In this document: one piece after another, positions 48,528 to 58,972 of the stretch | How positions within the stretch are numbered: position 1 is the first letter of the stretch | Layout: every line of letters begins with the position of its first letter | Made by a program: the position numbers and the translations under genes | The notes under the pieces: model-generated | Told to the model about the DNA's origin: nothing | Seen by the model: the letters and a program-made list of their open reading frames with translations, nothing else | Database searches by the model: none | From: Bacteroidota bacterium | GTDB lineage: Bacteria; Bacteroidota; Bacteroidia; AKYH767-A; 2013-40CM-41-45 | Reading direction: 5' to 3' | Assembly (NCBI GenBank): GCA_026391945.1 | Contig: JAPLDA010000077.1 | Location: 14,553-78,552, forward strand | DNA: 64,000 nucleotides

Positions 48528-49022
48528 ATGAAAAACATACTGCTTGCAGCCATCATCCTGTTACGTTTTACAGTACCTGTGCTTGCGAATGATAAAGCGA
48601 AAGACCGGCAGGAACTTCAACACCTGCTGGAAGAACGACAACAAATGTTTGACCGGTATTCGGGTTCCTTGTCGGATCATTCGGGAATTTTCGGTAACCG
48701 CACCAAGAAAGATATCCTGAAAAGCAACGATGTGCTGATCGGGCTTGTAAGAACAGATAACAACATCATCCGTGTTTTGAATCGTGTAGTTGATTTCAGA
48801 AATTTTGAAAAGGCAACGATGAACTACGATTTGCAAAACCGTGATGAAGAACTGGAAAACTCCAGGCATGCAGCAGATACGCTTGCAAAGCAACTGGATT
48901 CGGCCATTCCGGAATTGACAATCCTGAGAAGAAAAGTGAACCGTGACCATGCCGTCATTACCTTTCTCATTCTTTCCCTTGCAACATCGTTGTTCTTCCT
49001 GTGGAGAAAAAAAGCAGGTTGA
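48528..49022 (+). CDS. Hypothetical exported coiled-coil protein with C-terminal TM helix and basic tail
   Basis: Signal peptide, helical body, and C-terminal AVITFLILSLATSLFFLWRKKAG. Confidence 0.75.
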   Translation: MKNILLAAIILLRFTVPVLANDKAKDRQELQHLLEERQQMFDRYSGSLSDHSGIFGNRTKKDILKSNDVLIGLVRTDNNIIRVLNRVVDFRNFEKATMNYDLQNRDEELENSRHAADTLAKQLDSAIPELTILRRKVNRDHAVITFLILSLATSLFFLWRKKAG

Positions 49023-49061
49023 GCAACACACATTTTATTTATTCTTCAGAAACCTGCATCT

Positions 49062-50678
49062 TTGATAAAATCTTCTGAAACGTTGAAAAGAATAGTTCTT
49101 ACAGTCCTTATTTTATTCTCTGTTTTTCTTTCTTGTAAAAAAGAAAATGAACGTCCGCAATGGCAGGTCAATGTGATTGGCCCGCTGATGCATGCCACGC
49201 TCGGCGTTTCCAATTTCATTGCTGATTCGATCCTTCATTCCGACAGCACGCACGCCATCAGCCTCGTGTATGAAGATGATCTTTACCAGAGCAACCTGGA
49301 TTCACTGTTTCAAATCCGCGACACATCGATTCCGACTGTGTTCACCCTGCCGATTGCATCCATCCAGTTGCAGCCGAACACACCTTTCTATTCCATCAAC
49401 AACAACGCGGCTCTGAATATCTCCGGTGTGGAGCTGAGGGAAGCCATCATCAAATCAGGTTACCTTGAAATTGAAGCACACAACCGGATTTCTTCCCGGG
49501 TAATTTATACGTACACCATACCGAATGCCACCTTAAACGGACAGGTCTTCCGGTTTACCATGGTGCTGAATGCAGCTCCGCCGGGAGGTTCCTCTTCTCA
49601 TACCGGACTGTTCGACATGAGCGGATATCACATCGATCTTACCGGCGCATCGGGCAACATGGTGAATACGCTGGCTTACAATGTGGCTGCACAAACCGAT
49701 ACGGGAGGCACTTCTTCCTTTGCATACCTTGGAGATACCCTTATCAATATTTCCGCCGGGCTGAAACACATCATTCCCTATTATGCGAAAGGATATTTAG
49801 GCCAGAAAAATATTGATGAAGGAAATGTTTCAAAACACATCACTCCTTTCGAAGCCATACGAAGCGGCTCGATACGGTTGCAGGATGTGACGATGAAGTT
49901 CTCCATCGAAAACAACATTGGCGTGGATGCACAGGCGCTGATCGGACATTTTCAATCGGTGAATACAAAAACGCACCAGCTGGTGAACCTGAATGCTCCG
50001 CAACTGGTGAACCATACCATCAACATCAACCGCGCAACTGAATCCGGGAACGCGGTGTATCCCGTTCATCCATCGTTGTACGAAGTGTTGCTGGATCATA
50101 CCAATTCGAATATCATATCGCTCATCGAAAATCTTCCTGATCAACTGAACTATTCATTGAATATGAAAATCAACCCGCAGGGAAATATTTCCGGCAGCAA
50201 CGATTTTGTTTACAGCGATTACCTGGTGAAGGCAAAAATAAAAGTGGAGATGCCGCTGGCATTTGCCGCCGACCACCTCGAACTTGCTGATACCACATCA
50301 CTCATCATTCAGAACCAGGCAGACTATGACCCTGTGGGTTCAGGAACGTTCACGCTCATCGCCGTGAACGGGTTTCCTTTTGAGGCTGATCTTCATTTGA
50401 TTTTACTGGATGCACAACATCACTTCCTCGATTCCATTCCGGTTCCTTCCGTCATCGCCGCTGCCAATGTGGATGCTAACTTCAACGTGACGTCGCCCAC
50501 ACGGACGGTGATTCCTGTTTACTTGGACGAAGCGAGGAAGAACAAAATCCTGGGTGCCAGCAACATTTTTGTGAGGGCCGTTTTCACCACTCCGTCGTTC
50601 CCGCAAAAGGTTCAGATTTATTCCGGCTATCATTTGGATCTGAAACTGACGGGCGATGCTTCTTACTTAATACACTGA
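49062..50678 (+). CDS. Large beta-rich lipoprotein of unknown function
   Basis: Lipobox SVFLS-C then KKENE. TTG start at 49062 or 49083. Confidence 0.8.
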   Translation: MIKSSETLKRIVLTVLILFSVFLSCKKENERPQWQVNVIGPLMHATLGVSNFIADSILHSDSTHAISLVYEDDLYQSNLDSLFQIRDTSIPTVFTLPIASIQLQPNTPFYSINNNAALNISGVELREAIIKSGYLEIEAHNRISSRVIYTYTIPNATLNGQVFRFTMVLNAAPPGGSSSHTGLFDMSGYHIDLTGASGNMVNTLAYNVAAQTDTGGTSSFAYLGDTLINISAGLKHIIPYYAKGYLGQKNIDEGNVSKHITPFEAIRSGSIRLQDVTMKFSIENNIGVDAQALIGHFQSVNTKTHQLVNLNAPQLVNHTININRATESGNAVYPVHPSLYEVLLDHTNSNIISLIENLPDQLNYSLNMKINPQGNISGSNDFVYSDYLVKAKIKVEMPLAFAADHLELADTTSLIIQNQADYDPVGSGTFTLIAVNGFPFEADLHLILLDAQHHFLDSIPVPSVIAAANVDANFNVTSPTRTVIPVYLDEARKNKILGASNIFVRAVFTTPSFPQKVQIYSGYHLDLKLTGDASYLIH

Positions 50679-50681
50679 CCT

Positions 50682-51947
50682 GTGAGAAACATTTTCATTT
50701 CATTCCTGTTTTTTTCCTGTGCACTTACGCTCACCGCTCAACAAGCGGATTTTTTTTCATTGCCATCATCCTATTCTAAAAAAATCAATGCATGGTCGCT
50801 GTCGACGGAATTTTATTTTGCCTCGGATGCCATCACCAACGAACTCGCCAAAACCTATTACCTGGACGGTTTCATCACAGATGAAATGAAAAATGAAGTG
50901 AGCAAAAACCTCCATGATAAAAACAGGATGGGCGGGGATTTCAGCAATGAATTTTATTTTTATCACCATCCCGATTCGTTATTGGGATGCAGGAACATGA
51001 ACTGGTTTATTGGTTTTAAAAACATCAACCACCAGGACGCTTCGTTTACCCGTGATCTGTTTGAAATTTATTTCCGCGGAAATAAAAACTATGCAGGAAG
51101 ACAAGCCGTTTTCGATGGCTTCCATTACCAGCTTCTGAAATACCAGCAACTGCAAGTTGGGATTGCAAAATCGGTGAGGAAGGATTCCGCCAAGTTTGAA
51201 TTCGGTGGCGGCATTGGATTTAACAACGGGCAGCAACTTTTCCGGATCGATGCGCCTCATTCCGGCCTGTACACTGCTGACGACGGAGAGTTCCTCGATG
51301 TAACTGCCGCTGCGGAAATTCACAACAGCGATTCGCTGCATAAGAACTTTGGTGCGTTTAACGGCTTTGGTGTTTCGACGGATCTGTTTTTCCGCGGTGA
51401 GATCAAAAAGAAACATTTCTTCTTTGCCCAAATCAGTAACCTCGGATTCATCCGGTGGAATAATCACTCAACCGAATTAAAAACCGACAGCAGTTTCCGC
51501 TTTGAAGGCATCGATGTGAGCCAGGTTTTGAATTTCACCGATACCGTAAGAAGCATGGTTGCATTTGACAGCACCGTTGCACAACCATTTTTATCCCGCA
51601 GGAAATACCATTCCATCACCACGATGCTCCCGGCTAAAATAGAAGCAGGTTACAAAAGAATCATCGGCGAAAGTCATTGCACTGCAGGATTGGGAGGTAA
51701 TTACATTTTCAACGCGGATTATTTTCCACTGGTTTACCTCGATGGTGGATACTACTGGAAAAACAATGATCTTGAACTTACTTTTTCTTACGGAGGATAC
51801 ACAACGTTCGGGGCAGGAATCAACTACCGGAAATATTTCCGGCAGGGTTATACGGTTTCCGCCGGAAGCAATTATTTAAATTCCCTGTTCCGTTTCCAAA
51901 CAGCCACGTCTGAAGAAATTCATTTCACCCTTTCAAGAATCTTCTAA
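50682..51947 (+). CDS. Outer-membrane beta-barrel, DUF5723-like
   Basis: Signal peptide, alternating aromatic/Gly strands (GFGVSTDLFF, LPAKIEAGY, FGAGINY), C-terminal Phe. Starts 3 nt after the lipoprotein stop. Confidence 0.65.
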   Translation: MRNIFISFLFFSCALTLTAQQADFFSLPSSYSKKINAWSLSTEFYFASDAITNELAKTYYLDGFITDEMKNEVSKNLHDKNRMGGDFSNEFYFYHHPDSLLGCRNMNWFIGFKNINHQDASFTRDLFEIYFRGNKNYAGRQAVFDGFHYQLLKYQQLQVGIAKSVRKDSAKFEFGGGIGFNNGQQLFRIDAPHSGLYTADDGEFLDVTAAAEIHNSDSLHKNFGAFNGFGVSTDLFFRGEIKKKHFFFAQISNLGFIRWNNHSTELKTDSSFRFEGIDVSQVLNFTDTVRSMVAFDSTVAQPFLSRRKYHSITTMLPAKIEAGYKRIIGESHCTAGLGGNYIFNADYFPLVYLDGGYYWKNNDLELTFSYGGYTTFGAGINYRKYFRQGYTVSAGSNYLNSLFRFQTATSEEIHFTLSRIF

Positions 51948-51965
51948 ATCCGCAATTGCAAAATC

Positions 51966-53411
51966 ATGAAACATCTTTTGGCCGTTTTACTTTTGATGAT
52001 GGTGAAGACGAACGCTTCCGCACAAATTATTTTCCAGAGAACCTACGGCATCGGGTTATACAATGAAGGAAGAAGCGTGAAGCCGACATTCGACGGTGGA
52101 TATATCATCGCCGGATCAGAAAGCGATGCCGGCAACGGTTCCAGCGATGTGTATCTTTTAAAGATCGACAGTCTCGGAAATTTCATGTGGCATAAAACAT
52201 TCGGCGGAAGCAACATCGACCGTGGCTATGCTGTGGAACAACTCAACGACAGCGGTTACGCCATCGCCGGCTACACCAACAGTTTCGGCAGTGGTGGCTA
52301 CGACGGGTATCTCATCCGTACGAATAAAAACGGCGACACGATCTGGACAAAAACATACGGAACGAATGATTGGGATTTTATTTTGTCTATGAAAACTACG
52401 ATGGATGGAGGATTTATTCTTGCCGGTTACACCTATGGCAACCTGGCCGGGAACGCAACACCTTACCTCGTGAAAACTGATTCATTGGGAAACATCACCT
52501 GGATAAAAACACCTGACATGAGTGACGATGTATTTATACAATCGGTTGCGCTGTTTCCCGGAGGCGGCTTTGCTGTTGCAGGATATCGGGTAAACCAATC
52601 CGATGGGAATGAAAACATGTTTGTTTCCAGGTTGACTAATTCCGGAGATACCATCTGGACAAAAACCATCGGGAACACAATTGCCTATGAACATGCCAAC
52701 AGCATCGATGTCAATTTTTCTGACAGTTCTATCATTGCGGCTGGCTATTCGAAAGATATTGCTTCAGGAAATTACGATGACTACCTGGTAAAACTTGATG
52801 CGAACGGAAACCTTTCATTCCTCTCCCTGTTTCCGCAACCCGGAGAGGAAATGATCAACGACATTCATGGTCTTGCTTCCGGGTTCATCGTTGCATCCTA
52901 CACCACCACTTTTGGCTTCGGTCAGAAAGACGCACATTATTATACTGTCAACGATACCGGGCAGTATATCGCCGGAACAACTCATGGCGGAACTCAAAAC
53001 GACATGGCGTATCACATAGAAGCAACAGCCGACGGCGGATATATTTTATGCGGATCATCCACTTCGTATACACCCGGACTTCAATCCGTGTATCTCATTA
53101 AAATGGATAGTTTGTTCCAGACTTCTTCGCTGGTGATCGGGTTAAACGATTTACCTTCTCCCGCACAACATTTTTCGAATTATCCGAATCCATTTCATGA
53201 TTATACAGTCATTGATGTTCATTCCTTTGGTCAGAAAAAAGAAGTTTCCTTTTCTGTGTACAACCTGGCCGGAGAAATGGTGTATTCGACTCTGATCAAT
53301 ACAGGAAAAGAATTTGTTTTTCACAGGGATCATTTACCTGCCGGTTTGTATGTTTACAAACTCACGGATTCAGAAAAGAACCATGCATTCGGAAAACTGG
53401 TGATTGAATGA
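51966..53411 (+). CDS. T9SS type A cargo with beta-propeller-like repeats
   Basis: Repeats WxKTYG...DGGYIIAG...DVYLLK.D..GN; CTD NYPNPFH...YNLAGEMV...PAGLYVYKL. Confidence 0.88.
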   Translation: MKHLLAVLLLMMVKTNASAQIIFQRTYGIGLYNEGRSVKPTFDGGYIIAGSESDAGNGSSDVYLLKIDSLGNFMWHKTFGGSNIDRGYAVEQLNDSGYAIAGYTNSFGSGGYDGYLIRTNKNGDTIWTKTYGTNDWDFILSMKTTMDGGFILAGYTYGNLAGNATPYLVKTDSLGNITWIKTPDMSDDVFIQSVALFPGGGFAVAGYRVNQSDGNENMFVSRLTNSGDTIWTKTIGNTIAYEHANSIDVNFSDSSIIAAGYSKDIASGNYDDYLVKLDANGNLSFLSLFPQPGEEMINDIHGLASGFIVASYTTTFGFGQKDAHYYTVNDTGQYIAGTTHGGTQNDMAYHIEATADGGYILCGSSTSYTPGLQSVYLIKMDSLFQTSSLVIGLNDLPSPAQHFSNYPNPFHDYTVIDVHSFGQKKEVSFSVYNLAGEMVYSTLINTGKEFVFHRDHLPAGLYVYKLTDSEKNHAFGKLVIE

Positions 53412-53479
53412 ACCCGGCATTTTTTTCCTTTGTATTATTAAGAGGAATCCTGTAGGTTTGCATCAAACATTCCATTCGT

Positions 53480-54331
53480 ATGAAAAACATCCTGCACAGT
53501 TGCCTGGTATCTGCACTCCTTTCAACTTTTTTAATTTCCTGCTCCGGGAATAAAAATTCTGCTGAATCATCCGTTGCTTCCGACTCAGCGATGATGGCGG
53601 CCGACACGACTCCTTACAACAAAAAAGCGGACTTCAAACTTTCTTTTACCATCGCCAACCTCCCTTCCCCGCTCGATGTGATCAATACGGTTTACACAAC
53701 CAAGGTACCGTTTGATAATACGTTACTGAACCCAACCGACAACAGCGAGAAATACCTGAATGCTTACAAACGTGCTATCAACTATGGCATTTACGGCGTA
53801 GACATGGCGTACATTTCTTATTATGGAAACAAACAGGACCTGTTCGATTATTATGCGACATCGAGAAAACTGGCCGGAACGCTCGGCATGGAAAAAACAT
53901 TTGAAAAGTTCAGCGACCGTTTCAAGGAAAATTCAGAGAACAAAGATTCGGTGCTGGCCATCGTTGACCAGGCGTATGCGGAGACTGACAAATACCTTCG
54001 TACCAACGACCGTTTGCTCACGGCGAGTTACATCATCACCGGTTCGTTCCTGGAAAGTCTTTACATCAGTTCTTCACTGATGAAAAACCAGGAAAGCGGC
54101 GATAAATTCGGAGGCACATTCAACAAAATTTATGAACAGAAACTGGTGCTGAACAACCTCGCCGAACTCTTCAAAGAATTCAAAGACAAAGAAGCCGTTG
54201 CCCTGGAGTCGGATTTGCAGACTATTAAAAAAGTATACGATGAACTCAAAGACCCTTCACAGATCAACAAGGAAAGCCTTCAGAAGATTTCAACGGTGGT
54301 TGGCGCTGCCAGGAACATGGCGATAAAATAA
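53480..54331 (+). CDS. Alpha-helical lipoprotein of unknown function
   Basis: Lipobox FLIS-C; LPSPLD...AINYGIYGVDMAY...GSFLESLYI motifs. Confidence 0.8.
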   Translation: MKNILHSCLVSALLSTFLISCSGNKNSAESSVASDSAMMAADTTPYNKKADFKLSFTIANLPSPLDVINTVYTTKVPFDNTLLNPTDNSEKYLNAYKRAINYGIYGVDMAYISYYGNKQDLFDYYATSRKLAGTLGMEKTFEKFSDRFKENSENKDSVLAIVDQAYAETDKYLRTNDRLLTASYIITGSFLESLYISSSLMKNQESGDKFGGTFNKIYEQKLVLNNLAELFKEFKDKEAVALESDLQTIKKVYDELKDPSQINKESLQKISTVVGAARNMAIK

Positions 54332-54354
54332 ACAGGCTCATGACCAATTTTTTT

Positions 54355-54383
54355 AAAGGGACTTCAAAAGTCCCTTTTTTATT
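54355..54383 (+). terminator. Intrinsic terminator-like hairpin between the lipoprotein and the ABC transporter
   Basis: AAAGGGACT-TCAAA-AGTCCCTTT followed by a T tract. Confidence 0.7.
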
Positions 54384-54427
54384 TTCGCAGAAGTCTATAT
54401 CTTACTTCGGTTATTACACCATGAATT

Positions 54428-57400
54428 ATGAGTGAGAAAATCCTCCGCGCACTGATGCAATTGTTCGCCATCGTCGCGAACGCCGAACGTTTGACTGAGC
54501 AGAGCCGCACCATCGTGGAGTCGTTTCTCAGGCAGCAGCTCAACCTGAACCTTGTTGAAAAGTACCTTGGTGTTTTTGATGACTTCATTGGCGCTCAACA
54601 GGAAAAAGGTGATGCTGAGAAGGTCCGGAAACGCACATCCGTGAACTCGGTAAAAGTGCTGAAGATCTGCACCGGCATCAACCAGGAACTGAACCAGCGA
54701 CAGAAATACATCGTACTGGTTCGTTTGCTTGAATTCATCCATTCATCCGAAGAAAAAATTACCGACCAGGAATGGGAATTTGTTTCGACCGTATCCGGGA
54801 TCTTCAATATTCCGGAAAACGATTACAACGATTGCCTGGCCATTGCCGGCCGCCGGGAGGAGACTCCGGATTCCGGTTCTTTTCTCCTGATCGACCAGCA
54901 CATTGAAAACAATTTTCAAAAAACTCATCATGAATTCAACGAATACATACATGGAAAACTGCTGGTGCTGTTTGTAAAAAGTGCCGGCATTGCATTCGTA
55001 AAATATTCAGGTGAAAGCCAGTTAACGCTCAACGGACAGTCCATCAGCAATGATTTTGTGCAGGTGTTCACACAAGGTTCGGTGATACGCGGTGCGAAAC
55101 TCGAACCGGTTTATTACAGCGATGTCATCCATCGTTTTCTTGAGAGTGATACGTCATCAAAAACAAAATTTGAATCGACGGATGTTATTTTCAAATTCAA
55201 AAACGGTAAAACAGGATTGCATCCCATCAACTTCAAAGCGAAATCCGGTGAACTCATCGGCATCATGGGAGGCAGCGGCGCCGGAAAATCCACGCTGCTG
55301 AATGTTTTAAACGGCAACCTGGTTCCCACTTCCGGCGAAGTGCTGATCAACGGGTTCAACCTGCACACGGATGGAAAAAAACTGGAAGGCGTGATCGGCT
55401 ACATTCCGCAGGATGATTTGCTGATGGACGACCTCACCGTTTTTCAGAATGTGTATTACAATACGAAACTTTGTTACGGCGATCTTGATGAAGAAGCCAT
55501 TACTAAAAAAGTAACCGACCTGCTCGAAAGCCTCGGGTTGACTGAAACAAAAGACCTGAAAGTCGGAAACGCGATGGACAAAACCATCAGCGGCGGTCAG
55601 CGGAAACGCCTGAACATCGCACTGGAACTGGTTCGCGAGCCATCTGTTTTATTCGTGGATGAACCGACTTCCGGGCTTTCATCGCGCGATTCGGAAAACG
55701 TGATGGATTTGCTGAAACAACTTTCCATTACCGGGAAACTTATTTTCGTAGTCATTCACCAGCCGTCATCCGACATTTTCAAACTGTTCGACAAATTATT
55801 TTTACTCGACTTCGGCGGATACCCGGTTTATTACGGCAACCCGGTTGACTCGCTGATCTATTTCAAAAAAATTGTTGCGCACGTAGATGCCGATGAAAGC
55901 GAATGCATCACCTGCGGAAACATCAACCCGGAACAGTTGTTCGCCATCATCGAAGCAAAAGTGCTCGATGAATTCGGCAACCCGGTGAATACAAGAAAAA
56001 TTTCGCCGGCTGAGTGGAATGCACATTACCTGAAGAGTTCTCTTCGTTTTTCATCAGATGCAAAAATCGAAACGGAAGAAATAAAAAACAATTCCGTAAA
56101 ACCGTCGAAACTCCGGCAGTTCGGGGTGTTCATCACACGCGATGTGTTATCAAAGCTGAGCAACAAACAATACATGCTCATCAATTTCCTGGAAGCGCCG
56201 TTGCTCGCATTCGTCCTCTCCTATCTCATCCGGTATTACCAGGAAGGAAAAGAATATGTGTTTCGTGAGAACCAGAACATCCCGGCGTACCTGTTCATGA
56301 GTGTGATCGTATCGCTGTTCATCGGGTTATCGGTAAGTGCAGAAGAAATCTTCCGCGACCGGAAAATTCTGAAACGGGAATCGTTCCTCCATCTCAGCCG
56401 GTTCAGTTACCTGATTTCAAAGATTGCCGTCATGTTTATGCTGTCGGCGGTACAGACTTTTTTGTTCGTGATGATCGGCAACAGCATCCTTGGCATAAAA
56501 GACATGTACACCGATTACTGGCTGGTACTTTTCACCACAGCCTGTTTCGCCAACATGACCGGGTTGAACATTTCATCGGCATTTAATTCCGCCGTTACCA
56601 TTTACATCCTGATCCCGATTCTCATCATTCCGCAAATTTTACTCAGCGGCATCATCGTCAAATTTGAAAAACTGAATCCCACGATCAGCACGCATGCAAC
56701 GGTTCCTGTTTTCGGCGAGATGATGGCTTCCCGCTGGGCTTTCGAGGCGATGGCGGTGAACCAGTTCAGCCATAACCGGTACGAGAAAAATTTTTTCGAA
56801 TTGGATAAAACGATGAGCCGTGCCACGTTCAAAAAAGATTTTCTCATTCCTGAACTGATCAAGCGGACTGATTATTCCATTTTCGCCATGGCACAGCACG
56901 ATGCGAAATACAACCTGGCTTCCAACCTGGAATTGCTGACCAATGAACTGACTGCTATCGCCAATGAAAAACACGGATTTTCATTCGGCAAAATTCAGAT
57001 GCTGAACGTTGCAAACTTCAATGCCTCCATTGGCAACGAAGTAAAAATTTATTTAAACAACTTACAGAAATCGCATGTGGATGAATACAACAAAGCCAAT
57101 GATGAAAAAGAACGGCTGATGATTCAACTGCAGGAGAAAAATCATGATCCGAACATCCTGCTGAAATGGAAGGATGCATACCAGAACGAAAGCCTCGGCG
57201 AACTTTTGAAAAACCAAACGGAGATCAAACAAATCGAAGAAGCGGATCATCGCCTCATCCAGCGCTTCCAGCCGGTGTTCATGGAAGGTGCGACCGGTTC
57301 GTTTGTGAGTGCACCGTTTTATGCATCAAAGAAAAAAGTATTCGGTCATCACGTTGAAACATTTACCGTCAACATTTTGGTCACCTGGTTCATGACGCTG

Positions 57401-57484
57401 ATTGCGGCCTTCGCCCTGTATTTCGACTGGCTGAAAAAAATCATGGCACTCAGCGAAAAGTTTTCTTTGAAATCCAAAAAATAA
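54428..57484 (+). CDS. Fused ABC transporter, ABCG/White-like (NBD then ABC2 TMD), with N-terminal TerB-like domain
   Basis: Walker A GGSGAGKS, GYIPQDD, signature ISGGQRKR, Walker B LFVDEPTSGL, H-loop VIHQP; TMD with REIF/RES motifs; helical N-terminus ALMQLFAIVA...ITDQEWEFVSTV. Confidence 0.85.
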   Translation: MSEKILRALMQLFAIVANAERLTEQSRTIVESFLRQQLNLNLVEKYLGVFDDFIGAQQEKGDAEKVRKRTSVNSVKVLKICTGINQELNQRQKYIVLVRLLEFIHSSEEKITDQEWEFVSTVSGIFNIPENDYNDCLAIAGRREETPDSGSFLLIDQHIENNFQKTHHEFNEYIHGKLLVLFVKSAGIAFVKYSGESQLTLNGQSISNDFVQVFTQGSVIRGAKLEPVYYSDVIHRFLESDTSSKTKFESTDVIFKFKNGKTGLHPINFKAKSGELIGIMGGSGAGKSTLLNVLNGNLVPTSGEVLINGFNLHTDGKKLEGVIGYIPQDDLLMDDLTVFQNVYYNTKLCYGDLDEEAITKKVTDLLESLGLTETKDLKVGNAMDKTISGGQRKRLNIALELVREPSVLFVDEPTSGLSSRDSENVMDLLKQLSITGKLIFVVIHQPSSDIFKLFDKLFLLDFGGYPVYYGNPVDSLIYFKKIVAHVDADESECITCGNINPEQLFAIIEAKVLDEFGNPVNTRKISPAEWNAHYLKSSLRFSSDAKIETEEIKNNSVKPSKLRQFGVFITRDVLSKLSNKQYMLINFLEAPLLAFVLSYLIRYYQEGKEYVFRENQNIPAYLFMSVIVSLFIGLSVSAEEIFRDRKILKRESFLHLSRFSYLISKIAVMFMLSAVQTFLFVMIGNSILGIKDMYTDYWLVLFTTACFANMTGLNISSAFNSAVTIYILIPILIIPQILLSGIIVKFEKLNPTISTHATVPVFGEMMASRWAFEAMAVNQFSHNRYEKNFFELDKTMSRATFKKDFLIPELIKRTDYSIFAMAQHDAKYNLASNLELLTNELTAIANEKHGFSFGKIQMLNVANFNASIGNEVKIYLNNLQKSHVDEYNKANDEKERLMIQLQEKNHDPNILLKWKDAYQNESLGELLKNQTEIKQIEEADHRLIQRFQPVFMEGATGSFVSAPFYASKKKVFGHHVETFTVNILVTWFMTLIAAFALYFDWLKKIMALSEKFSLKSKK

Positions 57485-57566
57485 AAGATTAGAGGAACAA
57501 TAGTTATCTTCGCAACCCGTTTACATGAGCATTTTTTATTAACCATCTGAATAACTGATCCAGAAA

Positions 57567-58955
57567 ATGAATTACGATTTAATTGTTATCGGCAGCGGAC
57601 CCGGAGGATATGTGGCCGCCATCCGCGCATCACAGTTAGGAATGAAGACTGCTGTGATCGAGAAAGCAGAACTCGGCGGCATCTGCCTGAACTGGGGTTG
57701 CATTCCTACCAAAGCCCTGTTAAAAAGCGCACAGGTATATGAATATCTTTTGCATGCCCAGGATTACGGAGTGACAGCTGACAACGTCGGGAAAGATTTT
57801 CCGGCCATCATTAAGAGAAGCCGTGGCGTTGCCGACAGCATGAGCAAAGGAGTTCAGTTTCTCATGAAAAAAAATAAGATCGATATCATCAACGGCTTCG
57901 GAAAAGTGAAACCCGGAAAAAAAGTGGAAGTGAAAGATGCTGCCGGAAAAACAACCGTGTACGATGCCAGCCACATCATCATCGCCACCGGCGCACGCTC
58001 ACGCGAACTGCCAAACCTGAAACAGGATGGAAAAAAAATCATTGGTTACCGTGAAGCCATGGTGCTTGAGAAACAACCGGCTTCCATGATCGTCGTAGGT
58101 TCCGGCGCCATCGGTGTTGAGTTTGCGTATTTTTATCATACGCTCGGAACGAAAGTCACGATTGTTGAATTCATGCCGAACGTAGTTCCCGTGGAAGACG
58201 AAGATGTATCCAAACAACTGGCGCGCTCCCTGAAGAAATCCGGGATTGAAATCATGCTCGAGTCAACCGTTGAGTCGGTGGATACATCAGGAAGCAATTG
58301 CAAAGTAAAAGTGAAAACAAAAAAAGGAGAAGAAATTCTTGAATGCGATGTCGTTCTTTCGGCGGTGGGAATCACTTCCAACCTCGAAGGCATCGGTCTG
58401 GAAGATACAGGCATTGCTGCGGACAAAGGAAAAATTCTTGTCAACGATTTTTACCAGACTAACCTGCCGGGATATTATGCCATCGGGGATATTGTGCGCG
58501 GACCGGCGCTTGCTCACGTTGCTTCTCATGAAGCCATCACCTGTGTTGAAAAAATTGCAGGGCTGAATCCCGAACCGATGAATTACAACAACATTCCCGG
58601 CTGCACGTATTGCCAGCCGGAAATTGCTTCGGTCGGTTATACTGAAAAAGCGGCGAAGGAAGCCGGGTACGAAATCAAGGTGGGGAAATTTCCTTTCACC
58701 GCTTCCGGGAAAGCAAAGGCGGCCGGCACTCCGGAAGGTTTTGTGAAAGTTATTTTTGATGCGAAGTACGGCGAGTGGTTAGGCGCGCACATGATCGGTG
58801 CGAACGTGACAGAGATGATTGCTGAAGTGGTGGTGGCAAGAAACCTTGAAACTACGGGACATGAAATCATCAACTCCGTTCATCCCCACCCGACCATGAG
58901 TGAAGCGATCATGGAAGCCGTGGCCGATGCCTATGGTGAAGTGATTCATATCTGA
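57567..58955 (+). CDS. lpdA: Dihydrolipoyl dehydrogenase
   Basis: GSGPGGYVAA, redox motif GGICLNWGCIPTK, GSGAIGVE, HPHPTMSE. Confidence 0.97.
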   Translation: MNYDLIVIGSGPGGYVAAIRASQLGMKTAVIEKAELGGICLNWGCIPTKALLKSAQVYEYLLHAQDYGVTADNVGKDFPAIIKRSRGVADSMSKGVQFLMKKNKIDIINGFGKVKPGKKVEVKDAAGKTTVYDASHIIIATGARSRELPNLKQDGKKIIGYREAMVLEKQPASMIVVGSGAIGVEFAYFYHTLGTKVTIVEFMPNVVPVEDEDVSKQLARSLKKSGIEIMLESTVESVDTSGSNCKVKVKTKKGEEILECDVVLSAVGITSNLEGIGLEDTGIAADKGKILVNDFYQTNLPGYYAIGDIVRGPALAHVASHEAITCVEKIAGLNPEPMNYNNIPGCTYCQPEIASVGYTEKAAKEAGYEIKVGKFPFTASGKAKAAGTPEGFVKVIFDAKYGEWLGAHMIGANVTEMIAEVVVARNLETTGHEIINSVHPHPTMSEAIMEAVADAYGEVIHI

Positions 58956-58972
58956 TCACCAATTAAATTTCA

